Of a stretch of 41,726 bases of DNA, positions 1-10,260 are shown one piece after another. Below the pieces are notes generated by a model. It saw only the letters and a list, made by a program, of their open reading frames with translations. It was not told the DNA's origin and did no database searches. Positions within the stretch are counted from its first letter, which is position 1; each line of letters begins with the position of its first letter. The DNA comes from a virus (taxonomy: Duplodnaviria > Caudoviricetes): the IMG/VR virus record IMGVR_UViG_3300030037_000001, positions 1 to 41,726 of that record. One strand, written 5' to 3'. The translations under genes were made by a program, and so were the position numbers.

Positions 1-127
1 GTAAACCCGCTGTTGCCAGTAAGGTGTTCTTAGATTACTTACATTTATCCTATATAGACTCGGGGTCAATGCAGGTAGTTGTAGAGGATACACGTAATGG
101 TAGGGAGCAAACCTTTAGAATCAAGAG
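1..127. repeat. Exact 127-nt duplicate of window end (41600-41726); circular-assembly overlap
   Basis: GTAAACCCGC...ATCAAGAG is identical at both ends; 127 is a common assembler k-mer length; it lies inside a CDS. Confidence 0.95.
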
Positions 128-326
128 TGACTTTGGTAAACCCTTGGGTTCCATTCACTCCCTGTCTGACAGGCCAGTCTACAATGTATATACAGAAACA
201 GGTAGACGCCATGTTGGAGCAAGAGGTAGAACTGAGACGATTAAAGTAAAATTACAAGCAAACGGAGGACTCCCAGTTAGGATCTCCTCAGTAGAACAAA
301 CAGGCACAAGCCTAAACGAAAGTTAA
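1..326 (+). CDS. 3' part of a 135-aa gene starting at 41518 across the junction; C-terminal segment of tail tubular protein B (gp12-like)
   Basis: Continuous frame through the overlap; LDYLHLSYIDSGSMQVVVE...GRRHVGARG...LPVRISSVEQTG resembles the T7 gp12 C-terminus (LRRAWVNYENSGTFDIYVE...GQYRFPVVG...TPLNIIGCGWEG); directly upstream of the gp13-like gene. Confidence 0.75.
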   Translation, partial: KPAVASKVFLDYLHLSYIDSGSMQVVVEDTRNGREQTFRIKSDFGKPLGSIHSLSDRPVYNVYTETGRRHVGARGRTETIKVKLQANGGLPVRISSVEQTGTSLNES

Positions 327-345
327 ACACACAGGATAGTAAAAC

Positions 346-831
346 ATGGAATACACAATTATTGACGTTACGCAAGCACCACTCGATGTACTAAGACAGA
401 TTGCTAACATGAAGTTAAAACCAATTGATGCAGAAGAGTGCCTATACATGGGAGCTGAGAGTACTGAACAAGCTATAGGAACAGGTATAGCTACTAGTCA
501 GTTCTGTCAAGCACTCATTGATGACGCAGGTGAGCCACAGGCTGTATATGGCGTTGTGGACACCCCTGCTGGCTTCTCTGTACCTTGGTTGCTAACCACC
601 AGTGAACACAAGATCACTAAGTCGTGGTTGAGGATGTGCAAAGATACAATCTTCCCTTTGATGTGTGAGGATAGGAACTTCATGACTAACATGTGTTTCA
701 GTGACAACGTGGCTACAAAGAGATGGCTTAAGTTCATGGGTTTCTACTTTAAGAAATACGATGACAAGTGTGATCGCTTTATGCAGGATGTAACATTAAT
801 TCAACCAGAAGAGGATATAATCAATGTGTAG
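346..831 (+). CDS. Internal virion protein A-like (T7 gp13-like, GNAT-like fold)
   Basis: 161 aa; DAEE..., PWLLTT, N...N...RWLKFMGF pattern; synteny after gp12. Confidence 0.7.
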   Translation: MEYTIIDVTQAPLDVLRQIANMKLKPIDAEECLYMGAESTEQAIGTGIATSQFCQALIDDAGEPQAVYGVVDTPAGFSVPWLLTTSEHKITKSWLRMCKDTIFPLMCEDRNFMTNMCFSDNVATKRWLKFMGFYFKKYDDKCDRFMQDVTLIQPEEDIINV

Positions 832-1060
832 CTCAAACCCAATAAGATCAGTAGTTGAACCAGTGGCTGAATGGACTGGTACAGATGCTATAACAAAAGG
901 TGTAACAGGTAAATCCTTCACGGATACTGTAGCACCTAAGATTAAACCACTCTCGCCTTATAAGGAAGCAGGTCGTAAGCACCTAGCTATTGGTACTAGT
1001 GCAGGTGGTGGACAAGGCCTACGTAAACCCTTAGGCTCAAAGTCTGGGTTAAACAATTAA
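824..1060 (+). CDS. Small virion protein with MCSS start, gp6.7/gp7.3-like
   Basis: MC start, G/K-rich C-terminus GLRKPLGSKSGLN similar to 28595-28783; RBS GAGGA. Confidence 0.55.
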   Translation: MCSSNPIRSVVEPVAEWTGTDAITKGVTGKSFTDTVAPKIKPLSPYKEAGRKHLAIGTSAGGGQGLRKPLGSKSGLNN

Positions 1061-1076
1061 ACTAAGGAGTATATAT

Positions 1077-1631
1077 ATGTCATTCTTAGCTATGGCAGGG
1101 TTAAACCTCCTGTCTTCTATATATCAAAATCAAGCAGTAGAGGCAACAGCTGAGTCAAACTACGCTAGTTCGGTTGAACGTGCAGAACGTGAGGCTATGT
1201 CTCAGCGTGGTCAACTAATGACACAAGCACGTGAGAACTCTATGGCTGTTAACCAAGAGCGTTACAACCTTCAGCGTGAAGGGATGCGTGAACGTGCGTC
1301 TGAATCAGTTGCTACAGCAGAGGGTGGATTCTCTGGTGTACTAGCTCAGCGTATGAAGTCAGCTACCAACATCACCGAGGGTGTACAGGATTCAACCATC
1401 ACGATAAACGAGGGGTTAGAACAAGATGCCCTCAATGCTAAAGCCATGGGTGTAGCGCAGGGTAAGATCGATCGTATAGCCAATGCTCAGACAGCTCGTC
1501 ATAACACCTTGTCTCAGCGTACAGGTGGACTAGGGCTAGTAACTGGTGCGTTAGGTGCTGGAGCCCAAGGTAGTCAGATAGCGGGTAGTTTAGGTTACGG
1601 TAACAATACAAAAGTAAATAAGGTGAAGTGA
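1077..1631 (+). CDS. Internal virion protein B (gp14-like ejection protein)
   Basis: 184 aa, A/Q-rich helical, RASESVATAEGGFSG motif, Gly-rich hydrophobic C-terminus; synteny. Confidence 0.75.
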   Translation: MSFLAMAGLNLLSSIYQNQAVEATAESNYASSVERAEREAMSQRGQLMTQARENSMAVNQERYNLQREGMRERASESVATAEGGFSGVLAQRMKSATNITEGVQDSTITINEGLEQDALNAKAMGVAQGKIDRIANAQTARHNTLSQRTGGLGLVTGALGAGAQGSQIAGSLGYGNNTKVNKVK

Positions 1632-3898
1632 TGGCTATACAAGAACGCGGAATTCGTAAAACAGGAGGTGGGTCCACTGCAACAGGTGTGGGGGTTCAAC
1701 AACAGGCTGTGAAACCTAGTGCTGCTGAGAAGTTGATGCAGTCACTAGGCGTACTGACTAACTCTAACAAGTTGTCTCCACATCAGCAACACCAAGTTGA
1801 CACAGCGTCAGAAGCATCATACAATGAGTTAGAACGTGAGATCAGAGGTCTACCCGCTGATCAGCAACTGATTAAACGTCAAGAGCACAGAGAGGCTTTC
1901 GAAGGTGCAAACCCTAACAGCTTCATTGGTGATCTTACAGGACAGGTCAACCCTAAGATGCAAGGCTATGATAATGCCATATCTAGAAACGCAATGTTTG
2001 AGACTATGGATGGAATCAAGGCGCTGAACAGTGGGTTCACGGAGGCTGACACAGAGGCTGATAGACTGGGAGCCCTCACAGCTATGTATGATACACAGCG
2101 AGGACGTTTAGAAGGTGTTTCACCACAGGTTGCAGACCAGTGGTCTAACTCTAGTATGGACGCCTTTAACAATGCTTACAGTACCATCAAAGCAGAAGCT
2201 AAGGCTATTCGTATAGAGGAGGCTGTAGGTGAGGAGATACGTCTAGCTGATAATGAGCTAACACACATAGGTGACTATGATATCATAGCAGGTAGTAAGA
2301 CACTGGCAGGATTCAATCAGTTAAGGGATGACTTGCAGGTTGCTGATGAAGGTGGAGGCACTAGGTTTGATTATGCTCTAGGTGATAAGGTATTCTCATC
2401 TATACAATACCTGCGTAAGCGTGTTAAGTTACAGAACCCTACAGTCAGTAAGGATCAGTTAAACGCTATGGTATTGGAGAAATACAAGTGGACTGCTGAG
2501 ATGTACAACTCACCAGAGATGTTCGAACACCTCATGAACGCTAAGAATGGTTCTGGTATGTCAGCCTCTGAGTTGAACCCCCAGTATGCACAGGATACTT
2601 ATCAAGGTATTGCTGAGATGGTCACACGTAAAGAGGAAGCCTTGGACGCTAAAGCTGAGCAAGGACGTAAGGTTACTGGGCGTCAACTGATTGACAACAA
2701 TAAGTTGAAATACATGGATATGCACAGAGCCTCGAAAGGTTTTAGTAATGATCCTAACCAACCACCCGCATTAGCACCCCGTGAGATATTCGCTGAGATA
2801 CATAAGGATAGACAACAGGTTCGCAATGAGTTGGAAGCAGGTACTATAAATAGTGGGGAAGCTATTCGTGCGTATAATGAGTTAGACTCGATGGAGGCAG
2901 TATTTCATGACACAGTACGTGATACTATTGTAACACCTCAGCATGACTCAGCGCTTAGACGATATGTTATTGAAGGTGGTGACCTAACAGGGCTTGCTAA
3001 ATACAAGTACGCATCCAATGCTGTCAAAGGTTGGGCATCTGAAACTATTGAAGCACGTGGTTCAGCAGTAAGTGATATTAAGAAAGAGATCATGAGAAGC
3101 ACTAACAAGGCTACTGATAGATACGTACAGGAGCATGTGGATCAACTAAAGCAAGCCAGTAGTACAGGTAAGGATTTTGCAAGTGTTGCAGGTGTAGCAC
3201 CTTATGACTATGATAGACATGTAGCTAAGGTCAAACGTGTGTACCAAGAGGCTCAGATACAGTGGCTTGAGGATAATGATGCAAGCGAGTTGACACCAGA
3301 GGTTAACCGTCAGATTCATGAACAGGTTAGACCACAGGTTGACACTATAGTTGAGAACATGCAGTTAGGAGCTAAGGAGTATGACTCCAAGCTGGTAGAG
3401 CGTGCTAATGAGCTACAGAAGGTTAGGACTGAGGCTGAGACACAGGAGAAGGTTAAGGTAGAACAGAAGGTTAAAGCTGAGTCACAGAAGGTCGAGAACC
3501 TACAAGGAACAGCTAGATTAGATAAGGTTAGGGAAGGTATAGCAAGTGTACCTCTAGATAGGTCTAACCCTTCTATATACCCCATGGCTACACAGCTAGT
3601 AGAGCAGATACGTGAGTTTGGATCGGGAGACATAGAAGCTGATATCAGACGTGGATTACCTACAGTACTAAATGAGTTCGCTAATGCTTTTGAGGATAAC
3701 TCAGATAGTTACGACTCAGAGACTAAGGATAGGATCAGACAAGCTATCGCAGACCTAAGAGACCCCTCTACAGGTAACATAAGACCCGATGCCATCGACA
3801 TGCTGATGTCTGGTGGTTTCATGCAGGAATCAACAAGTATGGCTAATAACTCTGACAACTCTGGCTTCGCTAGGTTCTTGGAGGCACTAGCTAAATAA
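1631..3898 (+). CDS. Internal virion protein C (gp15-like)
   Basis: ~755 aa, helical; size and position between gp14- and gp16-like genes. Confidence 0.65.
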   Translation: MAIQERGIRKTGGGSTATGVGVQQQAVKPSAAEKLMQSLGVLTNSNKLSPHQQHQVDTASEASYNELEREIRGLPADQQLIKRQEHREAFEGANPNSFIGDLTGQVNPKMQGYDNAISRNAMFETMDGIKALNSGFTEADTEADRLGALTAMYDTQRGRLEGVSPQVADQWSNSSMDAFNNAYSTIKAEAKAIRIEEAVGEEIRLADNELTHIGDYDIIAGSKTLAGFNQLRDDLQVADEGGGTRFDYALGDKVFSSIQYLRKRVKLQNPTVSKDQLNAMVLEKYKWTAEMYNSPEMFEHLMNAKNGSGMSASELNPQYAQDTYQGIAEMVTRKEEALDAKAEQGRKVTGRQLIDNNKLKYMDMHRASKGFSNDPNQPPALAPREIFAEIHKDRQQVRNELEAGTINSGEAIRAYNELDSMEAVFHDTVRDTIVTPQHDSALRRYVIEGGDLTGLAKYKYASNAVKGWASETIEARGSAVSDIKKEIMRSTNKATDRYVQEHVDQLKQASSTGKDFASVAGVAPYDYDRHVAKVKRVYQEAQIQWLEDNDASELTPEVNRQIHEQVRPQVDTIVENMQLGAKEYDSKLVERANELQKVRTEAETQEKVKVEQKVKAESQKVENLQGTARLDKVREGIASVPLDRSNPSIYPMATQLVEQIREFGSGDIEADIRRGLPTVLNEFANAFEDNSDSYDSETKDRIRQAIADLRDPSTGNIRPDAIDMLMSGGFMQESTSMANNSDNSGFARFLEALAK

Positions 3899-3923
3899 AA
3901 CATAACACAACGGAGTAACATAT

Positions 3924-6900
3924 ATGAGTGAAGCAACTAGAAACCTCTTTGATACGATTGACGAAGAGGAGTTAAATAGAAGTGGTGAACGTGACTTAGC
4001 GTATAAGATTGGTGATTACACAAACCCTATGGGCAAAGTGGCTGTAGGTAGTGTAGTATCAGCTGTACATGGGTCAGCAACCCTTGGTAACACACTTAAA
4101 GAAGTAGCTAGGGAGACAGAGGTTGACGAGAAGTTAAACCGCGTGTTAGGTAGCTCTATGCAGACAGCCTTTGGTTTCGACGTAGAGGATTACTTCCATG
4201 AGGATACTGATGTACCCATTGATGCGACACCTTACGAATCACTAAGTAGATTAGGTTTAGAACTGAGTGAGGGAGAGAAGACTGCCTCTGACATTGTAGC
4301 ATTAGTAGGTACATCTATGAGTGCCATAAATAAGTTGAATAGTTTACCTAGTATAGCTAAGCTAACTAACAGCCCGTCATGGGTAGCTAGGAACTTAACA
4401 AACATGGGTGTCGATGTAGCAGGTACAGTAGGAGCTAGTGCTTTAGTATCGGATGAGACTGAGGGCTCATTAGTTGACTTCATACCGGAAGCTAATAGAC
4501 CCGAGTTCTTAGATTGGTTGATGGACGAGGAAGGTGACACAGGGTTGGAACGCAGGACTAAAAACCTAGTTGAGGACATCTTTGTTGGACTACCTTTTAA
4601 TGTGGCCTTCAGTATGTTTGACCTATTATCTAAAGTGAAGAAAGGTGTCCATGGTGGGAAGACTCGAGCTGATAAACTAAATAGAGCTATAGAGGTAGTA
4701 GCTGATGGTAGAGCAGACAAGATGCGAGAGTTTGTAGACAACAAGACGGCCTCAGCTAGTATAGTACCCGATGTTCCACTGAATGCTCCCGACACAGGAA
4801 TGATGTCATCCAGCAAACACGCTGTTGGTAACACTAGTGAGATCAGTAGACTAGAGGCTCAGCTTAAGAAAGAGCCCTTGCAACATAAACGTGACAAGCT
4901 AGCTAAGAAGATAACAAGGGCTAAACATCTAGCTAAGTCTGATACAGCTCGATATTACGATAGTATGCCCGAGGAAGCTATGTTAGATACAGTAGCTAAG
5001 TCTAACCCTCAGATCAAGACTAAGAAGGATTTGTCGGACATGAAGGCATCACAGGCTACACTTAAGGAGACCATCATACAGGAAGTTGGTGACTTTAGTA
5101 AAGCTGTTGAGTTGAATCCCTTGTTGAAGGATCAGAAGGGTGCAGAGGAGTTGCTACGAAGGTTCAAGGACAAGACACCTAAGAACGCTCAGACTAGAAA
5201 TAGTGTCAAGATGACCTCAACTGGTGATGAGGCTATTGATGGCGCAGTAAGTGTTATGGAGCAATTAGCTAAAGCCGAGGGTTTCAAGAAGTCCAAGATA
5301 AGTGTTGCTGACCAAATGAACCACATTAATAAGACACTGAAGGATAACCCGACAGGCGAGTTAGCCAATGAGTTCAGAAGCTTCATTACTAAACATGGTA
5401 TTGACGAGGATGCTCTTATTGCTACTATGTCTACAGTGAAGGCTCAATCAGAAGCTCTACCCGTAATGATACGTTCAATAAACTACATGCGGTCTAAACG
5501 TCTGGTTGAATGGAAGAAGCTAGCTACTGAGTTAGACGGGGTTGCTGAACTAAGTGCTGACCAGATAGCACAGTTCTTGAAGGTGGGTACTAAAATGAAC
5601 GCCCTTGACCAATCACTGCAAGGCACATTGTCAAACCTAGGTAGATCGCTACAAGCACAGGGTAGAGCGGGTCGTGACAGCTTTGGTCAACTACTACAGG
5701 ACACTATGACGGATATAGATCCTAAAGACTTGATTAAGACTAAATCAAACTCAGTGTTCAACGATATGATAAACAATATCGACCCAGCTGACGCCCTAGA
5801 ACTTAAGAAGTTGATTAGTAAGATATCACGTACACCTGCTAATGAACTAACAGCTAAAGCTATTGACAAAGCAATGGATGGGCCAAGGTTCCATGACTTG
5901 ATCCTAGGTCACGCTGTGGGTGGTATGATCTCTAGACTATCAACTGTAGCTGGTGCTCTTACTGGTGGTTTAACACATGGTATATACAAGAATGTAGTAT
6001 TACGTAACCTTGAGTCCTTACCCTCAATGTTCCACGGTGGTGGTATAAACCCATTCACTGAGAATATGGAACGAGCTGTTGCGTTGTTTGATGTATTAGG
6101 TGATTACTTAAAGATGTTTACGTCAATGGGTAAGAACAAGATACTTAAGAGTGTGGGTCTAGATAGTGCTGACTATACAAACGCACTGACTCATCTAACA
6201 AACAAACAGCTTAGTGATGTAATTGATGGTGCTGTTAAGAGGACAGCTGACGAGGGTCGCACTAAGGCTCACTTCGTTCAGAAGATGCTGTCTATACCCC
6301 TAGGTATCTCAATGCAGACTGTTAACTATGGTGTGCGTGGTATGGAAGCCGCTGATGGTTTGATACGACGTATGGGTATACAGCTGGAAGCTAGAACACT
6401 AGCGAACCGCCTCTGGTATAAGGAAGGTGGAAACAAGATGTATAACCAGTCAATGACTCGTCATCAATTCGTTGATCGTGTTGCTGAGGATACCAATGAC
6501 TACCTAATACTACTTGAGAAGCATAGGGCGGGTAAACTTGATGATGATGCACTAGCTGAAGCCTCTAGTAAGATACTCGGTGAGTCCGATGTTGTTAAAG
6601 GCCACATAGACCACATAGCACGTGATGCCAACCAAGAAGCTTTAGAGACTACACTACAGGAGTCAACAGAAGGAACACTAGCTGGTGATGCGTTCCAATG
6701 GTTAGGCAACAAGTCTAAAGACTCAGTTGCAGGTAAGTATGCATTAGGTCTAACATTCCCATTCAAGAAGACCCCTATTAACTTCGTACGAGGTGCTATT
6801 GAGCACTCACCTTTTGCTTTCGTAGGTAAGCGGTGGCGAGACCGTATGTTCGGTGATGACCTCAATGATAAGATTAAAGCAACTGCACAGATCATGAGCG

Positions 6901-8009
6901 GTTTCGGTCTTATGGGTGGTGGGTTATACCTAGCAGGTCAAGGTCGTCTAACAGGTTCTATGCGTACTGAGGAATGGACTGAGACACATGGTAGAGGTGC
7001 TAAACCTAATAGTGTACTAATTGGGGACACTTGGTACGATCATACTAAATGGGGTGTTATATCACCAGCGTTAACAGCTATGGCAGACTACATGAACATG
7101 AAGTCTGACACTGATACACCTCAAGATGTACATTGGACTAACATGGGCTTACTGTTCACACAGGCTACATTGGATAGCTCACACCTCGCTATTATACAGG
7201 ATGTGATGGAGACCATACAAGATCCTAACTCCAGTGAAGCTACTGGTAAACTACTGGTCGATAAACTGACTATGTTAGCTAAACCTGCACAGGGTGTGGC
7301 TGGTACGTATCAAGACCTAATGGGTGATAATGTTAATTATGAATCAGTAATAGACAAGGAGTCAGCCGATGGTTTAGAATACTTCCAGATGCTACTCATG
7401 AATAGCTACAAGTCTTATCAGCAAGGCTGGGGTGCAACACTGGGTCTAGAACCTAAGGTTGACATCTTCGGTGAGGAGTCTTCACGCTATGGTAATACCA
7501 GAGCTGACTGGCTACTAAACCTTATAGGTCAGAAGACCGATACAGCTCAGATATCACGTGCTAAGAACGCCTTGTTCAACCACGGGTTAATACCTTCGAT
7601 TGATAAGGCGACTAACGTAGAGGGCGTGCCTATGACTAAAGCTCAATACAAGAAGTACAAGGCTACTCTATGGCAAGGTGAGGAAGGGTTGTTGACACAG
7701 ATGGAGAACATGGTTACAGGCAGTGCTTGGGCTTCAATGAACCAAGGACAGCAGAAGCGCACACTCGAGTCTATGATGACTAAACGTAAGAATCTCATCA
7801 AGTCTAGAATCGCCTCGTTAGACCCTAAGTTCAAACAAACACGTGAGGCTGATGTAACTGATAAGTTCGTAAAGGAGTCTAAGACTAAGGACACCCGAGG
7901 GCTAACAGCACTTGAGGAGTATCGTGGTGTACAGCCTACGGAGGTACAAAGAAAGGAACGTCTACAGGAAGCAGGGGCAAGCGTCCTAGAAAGCCTCGAC
8001 ATAGACTAG
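3924..8009 (+). CDS. Internal virion protein D (gp16-like)
   Basis: 1361 aa; FPFKKTPIN, GRLTG and PNSVLIGDTWY motifs typical of large ejection proteins of T7-like phages. Confidence 0.75.
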   Translation: MSEATRNLFDTIDEEELNRSGERDLAYKIGDYTNPMGKVAVGSVVSAVHGSATLGNTLKEVARETEVDEKLNRVLGSSMQTAFGFDVEDYFHEDTDVPIDATPYESLSRLGLELSEGEKTASDIVALVGTSMSAINKLNSLPSIAKLTNSPSWVARNLTNMGVDVAGTVGASALVSDETEGSLVDFIPEANRPEFLDWLMDEEGDTGLERRTKNLVEDIFVGLPFNVAFSMFDLLSKVKKGVHGGKTRADKLNRAIEVVADGRADKMREFVDNKTASASIVPDVPLNAPDTGMMSSSKHAVGNTSEISRLEAQLKKEPLQHKRDKLAKKITRAKHLAKSDTARYYDSMPEEAMLDTVAKSNPQIKTKKDLSDMKASQATLKETIIQEVGDFSKAVELNPLLKDQKGAEELLRRFKDKTPKNAQTRNSVKMTSTGDEAIDGAVSVMEQLAKAEGFKKSKISVADQMNHINKTLKDNPTGELANEFRSFITKHGIDEDALIATMSTVKAQSEALPVMIRSINYMRSKRLVEWKKLATELDGVAELSADQIAQFLKVGTKMNALDQSLQGTLSNLGRSLQAQGRAGRDSFGQLLQDTMTDIDPKDLIKTKSNSVFNDMINNIDPADALELKKLISKISRTPANELTAKAIDKAMDGPRFHDLILGHAVGGMISRLSTVAGALTGGLTHGIYKNVVLRNLESLPSMFHGGGINPFTENMERAVALFDVLGDYLKMFTSMGKNKILKSVGLDSADYTNALTHLTNKQLSDVIDGAVKRTADEGRTKAHFVQKMLSIPLGISMQTVNYGVRGMEAADGLIRRMGIQLEARTLANRLWYKEGGNKMYNQSMTRHQFVDRVAEDTNDYLILLEKHRAGKLDDDALAEASSKILGESDVVKGHIDHIARDANQEALETTLQESTEGTLAGDAFQWLGNKSKDSVAGKYALGLTFPFKKTPINFVRGAIEHSPFAFVGKRWRDRMFGDDLNDKIKATAQIMSGFGLMGGGLYLAGQGRLTGSMRTEEWTETHGRGAKPNSVLIGDTWYDHTKWGVISPALTAMADYMNMKSDTDTPQDVHWTNMGLLFTQATLDSSHLAIIQDVMETIQDPNSSEATGKLLVDKLTMLAKPAQGVAGTYQDLMGDNVNYESVIDKESADGLEYFQMLLMNSYKSYQQGWGATLGLEPKVDIFGEESSRYGNTRADWLLNLIGQKTDTAQISRAKNALFNHGLIPSIDKATNVEGVPMTKAQYKKYKATLWQGEEGLLTQMENMVTGSAWASMNQGQQKRTLESMMTKRKNLIKSRIASLDPKFKQTREADVTDKFVKESKTKDTRGLTALEEYRGVQPTEVQRKERLQEAGASVLESLDID

Positions 8010-8043
8010 TAAGTAACTTATACCAGAATAATAACTAGATAGG

Positions 8044-8071
8044 CTCTAGGGGCTTTAAAAGGCCTCTAGGG
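8044..8071 (+). other. Intergenic hairpin without U-tract (possible processing or stabilising stem)
   Basis: CTCTAGGGGCTT-TAAA-AGGCCTCTAGGG forms a 12-bp stem with G-U pairs. Confidence 0.4.
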
Positions 8072-8101
8072 ACATTCTAACACATAAACAAAGGATACAT
8101 A

Positions 8102-8368
8102 ATGAGTAAGAGATCAACAGACAGTAAATTAGGTGGACTACATGAGATGCTAGGTTCGTTATACACTGACGAGTTAGCACTGATGGTGAAGGAGGGTGAG
8201 TACGACATACAGATGCTTAAGATGATACAGGACTTCTTGAAACAGAATAACATAACCAGTAACATCGAAGACAGTCCCCAACTAGGTGAATTGAATACAT
8301 CTATAATTGAGTTGGATGAATCAGCACTTCCAGTAGGACATAACTTTCAGAAAGTAAGCCACGGGTAA
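8102..8368 (+). CDS. terS: Terminase small subunit (gp18-like)
   Basis: LGGLHE...QDFLKQNNIT motif, 88 aa, immediately upstream of terL. Confidence 0.8.
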   Translation: MSKRSTDSKLGGLHEMLGSLYTDELALMVKEGEYDIQMLKMIQDFLKQNNITSNIEDSPQLGELNTSIIELDESALPVGHNFQKVSHG

Positions 8369-8374
8369 ACACCT

Positions 8375-10141
8375 ATGAGCAAGGTACAAATCACAGAACA
8401 AGCCTTGAAGGATGACTTTATATTATTCCTTCATTACGTATGGACACTCCTAGGGCTACCAGCTCCTACTAAGTGCCAAGTCTTGATGGCACACCATATA
8501 TGTAATAGTAAACTAAGGCAACGAGGGGTTATGGCCTATCGTGGAGCTGGTAAGTCATACATCGCCTATGCTTATTGTGTATGGCGTATGTGGAATACCC
8601 CAGACATTAAGATACTTGTTATATCAGCCACAAGTGGACGAGCTGATGCCTTCAGTAAGACATGTAAGCAGATCCTAGAGTTAAGCCCCCTGTTAAAGAA
8701 GCTTATACCGCCCTCTGGTTCAGATAACCAATGGTCGAACATTGAGTGGACAGTCCAAGGGGCGTCAGCCTCGGGTTCGTGTACAGTTAAATCAGTTGGT
8801 ATCACAAGTCAGATAACAGGTACACGTGCTGACCTCATCCTCAGTGATGACGTTAGTTCACCTAAGAATAGTATGACAGTTGACCAGCGTGAGAAGCTCA
8901 GAGGTCAAGTAGCAGAATTCCAAGATATTAAGAAAGGTGATGAGTCGGGTACAGGCAAAGGGGCTAGCTCCGAGATTCTATACCTAGGTACACCTCAGAG
9001 TTATGAGTCGCTGTACTACCATCTGTCAGCACAGGGTGTAACCTTTCGTATATGGCCTGCTAGATACCCTCAGACGGACGCTATACGTGGTTACAATGGA
9101 ATGCTGTGCCCAGTTATCGAAAACGAAGTGTTTGAAGATACAGAGCTACAGGGAGTACCTACAGACCCTAAGCGTTTTACACATGAGGAGTTGTTAGAAC
9201 GGGAGGCTATGCAGGGTAAGGCAAGGTTCCAGATGCAGTTCATGTTGAACACTGAGTTAACTGATGCTGACAAGTTCCCCTTGAAGTTATCAGACTTGAT
9301 TGTTTATACACCAAGTAGATTCAGTGCTCCACGACAGGTCAGCCACTCGTTAGATAAGAACCTAGAGATTAAGGAACTTAAGAACATGGGTTTCTCTAGT
9401 GACAGATGGAGACGACCTTCATACATTGATGAGAAGCAAGTACCCTATGAACGTATCATAATGGGCTGTGACCCTTCTGGTCGTGGTACAGATGAGACCT
9501 CATGGTGGGTAGTTGGTATCGTCATGGGTACAATATACATCCTAGACGGTGGTGGACTTGAAGGTGGGTATGATACTGAACGAGTGTTGATACCACTAGC
9601 TAAGAAAGCTAAGGAATGGAACATACAGGTATTCATCTCTGAGTCAAACATGGGTGACGGGATGTTCACCGAGTTAATGCGTCCAGTTATGCTGAAGTAC
9701 CAAAGATGTGTTCTTGAGGAAGTACGTAATCATATACGTAAGGAGACAAGGATCATTGATACGTTGGAACCGCTCATGGCTAGACATAAGCTAGTAGTAT
9801 CTGAGGATATCATTACCCGTGATATACGTGATGCTGAGAAACACGGTAAGGAAGGTAAGAGTGCAAACCGCATGGCTTGGTCTTTGTTCCACCAGATGAC
9901 TCACATCTCCCATGAGAAGGATTGTCTAATTCATGATGATAGACTGGATGGACTAGCTATAGCAGTTGGTTACCTAGTGGACTCAGTTGATGTGGATGTT
10001 GAACTTGAGATCAGACGAGCGTCAGACCAAGAGTTAGAAGACCGAATGTCACGTGAAGGACGCTATACAGTAGGAATGGACTACGAGGTTAGCCGTAATA
10101 CAGGTTACGGCCACTCAGGGTCTTACTCCCTGCTGGACTAG
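8375..10141 (+). CDS. terL: Terminase large subunit (gp19-like)
   Basis: AYRGAGKS Walker A, ITGTRADLILSDD Walker B, LGTPQ, DPSGRGTDET nuclease motif, HDDRLD. Confidence 0.97.
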   Translation: MSKVQITEQALKDDFILFLHYVWTLLGLPAPTKCQVLMAHHICNSKLRQRGVMAYRGAGKSYIAYAYCVWRMWNTPDIKILVISATSGRADAFSKTCKQILELSPLLKKLIPPSGSDNQWSNIEWTVQGASASGSCTVKSVGITSQITGTRADLILSDDVSSPKNSMTVDQREKLRGQVAEFQDIKKGDESGTGKGASSEILYLGTPQSYESLYYHLSAQGVTFRIWPARYPQTDAIRGYNGMLCPVIENEVFEDTELQGVPTDPKRFTHEELLEREAMQGKARFQMQFMLNTELTDADKFPLKLSDLIVYTPSRFSAPRQVSHSLDKNLEIKELKNMGFSSDRWRRPSYIDEKQVPYERIIMGCDPSGRGTDETSWWVVGIVMGTIYILDGGGLEGGYDTERVLIPLAKKAKEWNIQVFISESNMGDGMFTELMRPVMLKYQRCVLEEVRNHIRKETRIIDTLEPLMARHKLVVSEDIITRDIRDAEKHGKEGKSANRMAWSLFHQMTHISHEKDCLIHDDRLDGLAIAVGYLVDSVDVDVELEIRRASDQELEDRMSREGRYTVGMDYEVSRNTGYGHSGSYSLLD

Positions 10142-10236
10142 CTAACGCAGGTAAACAGGGGGTTATATTACCTATATTTAGTGCTATTTATAGTATAATT
10201 TATGACTTGTATAACTCCCTGTAAACCAGTGGTATA

Positions 10237-10260
10237 CGAATAGGGCGCACTATAGACCCT
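10237..10260 (+). promoter_or_regulatory. Phage RNAP promoter (right-end, phiOR-like)
   Basis: CGAATAGGGCGCACTATAGACCCT is identical to 31335-31358; CACTATAG core as in T7 promoters. Confidence 0.8.
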
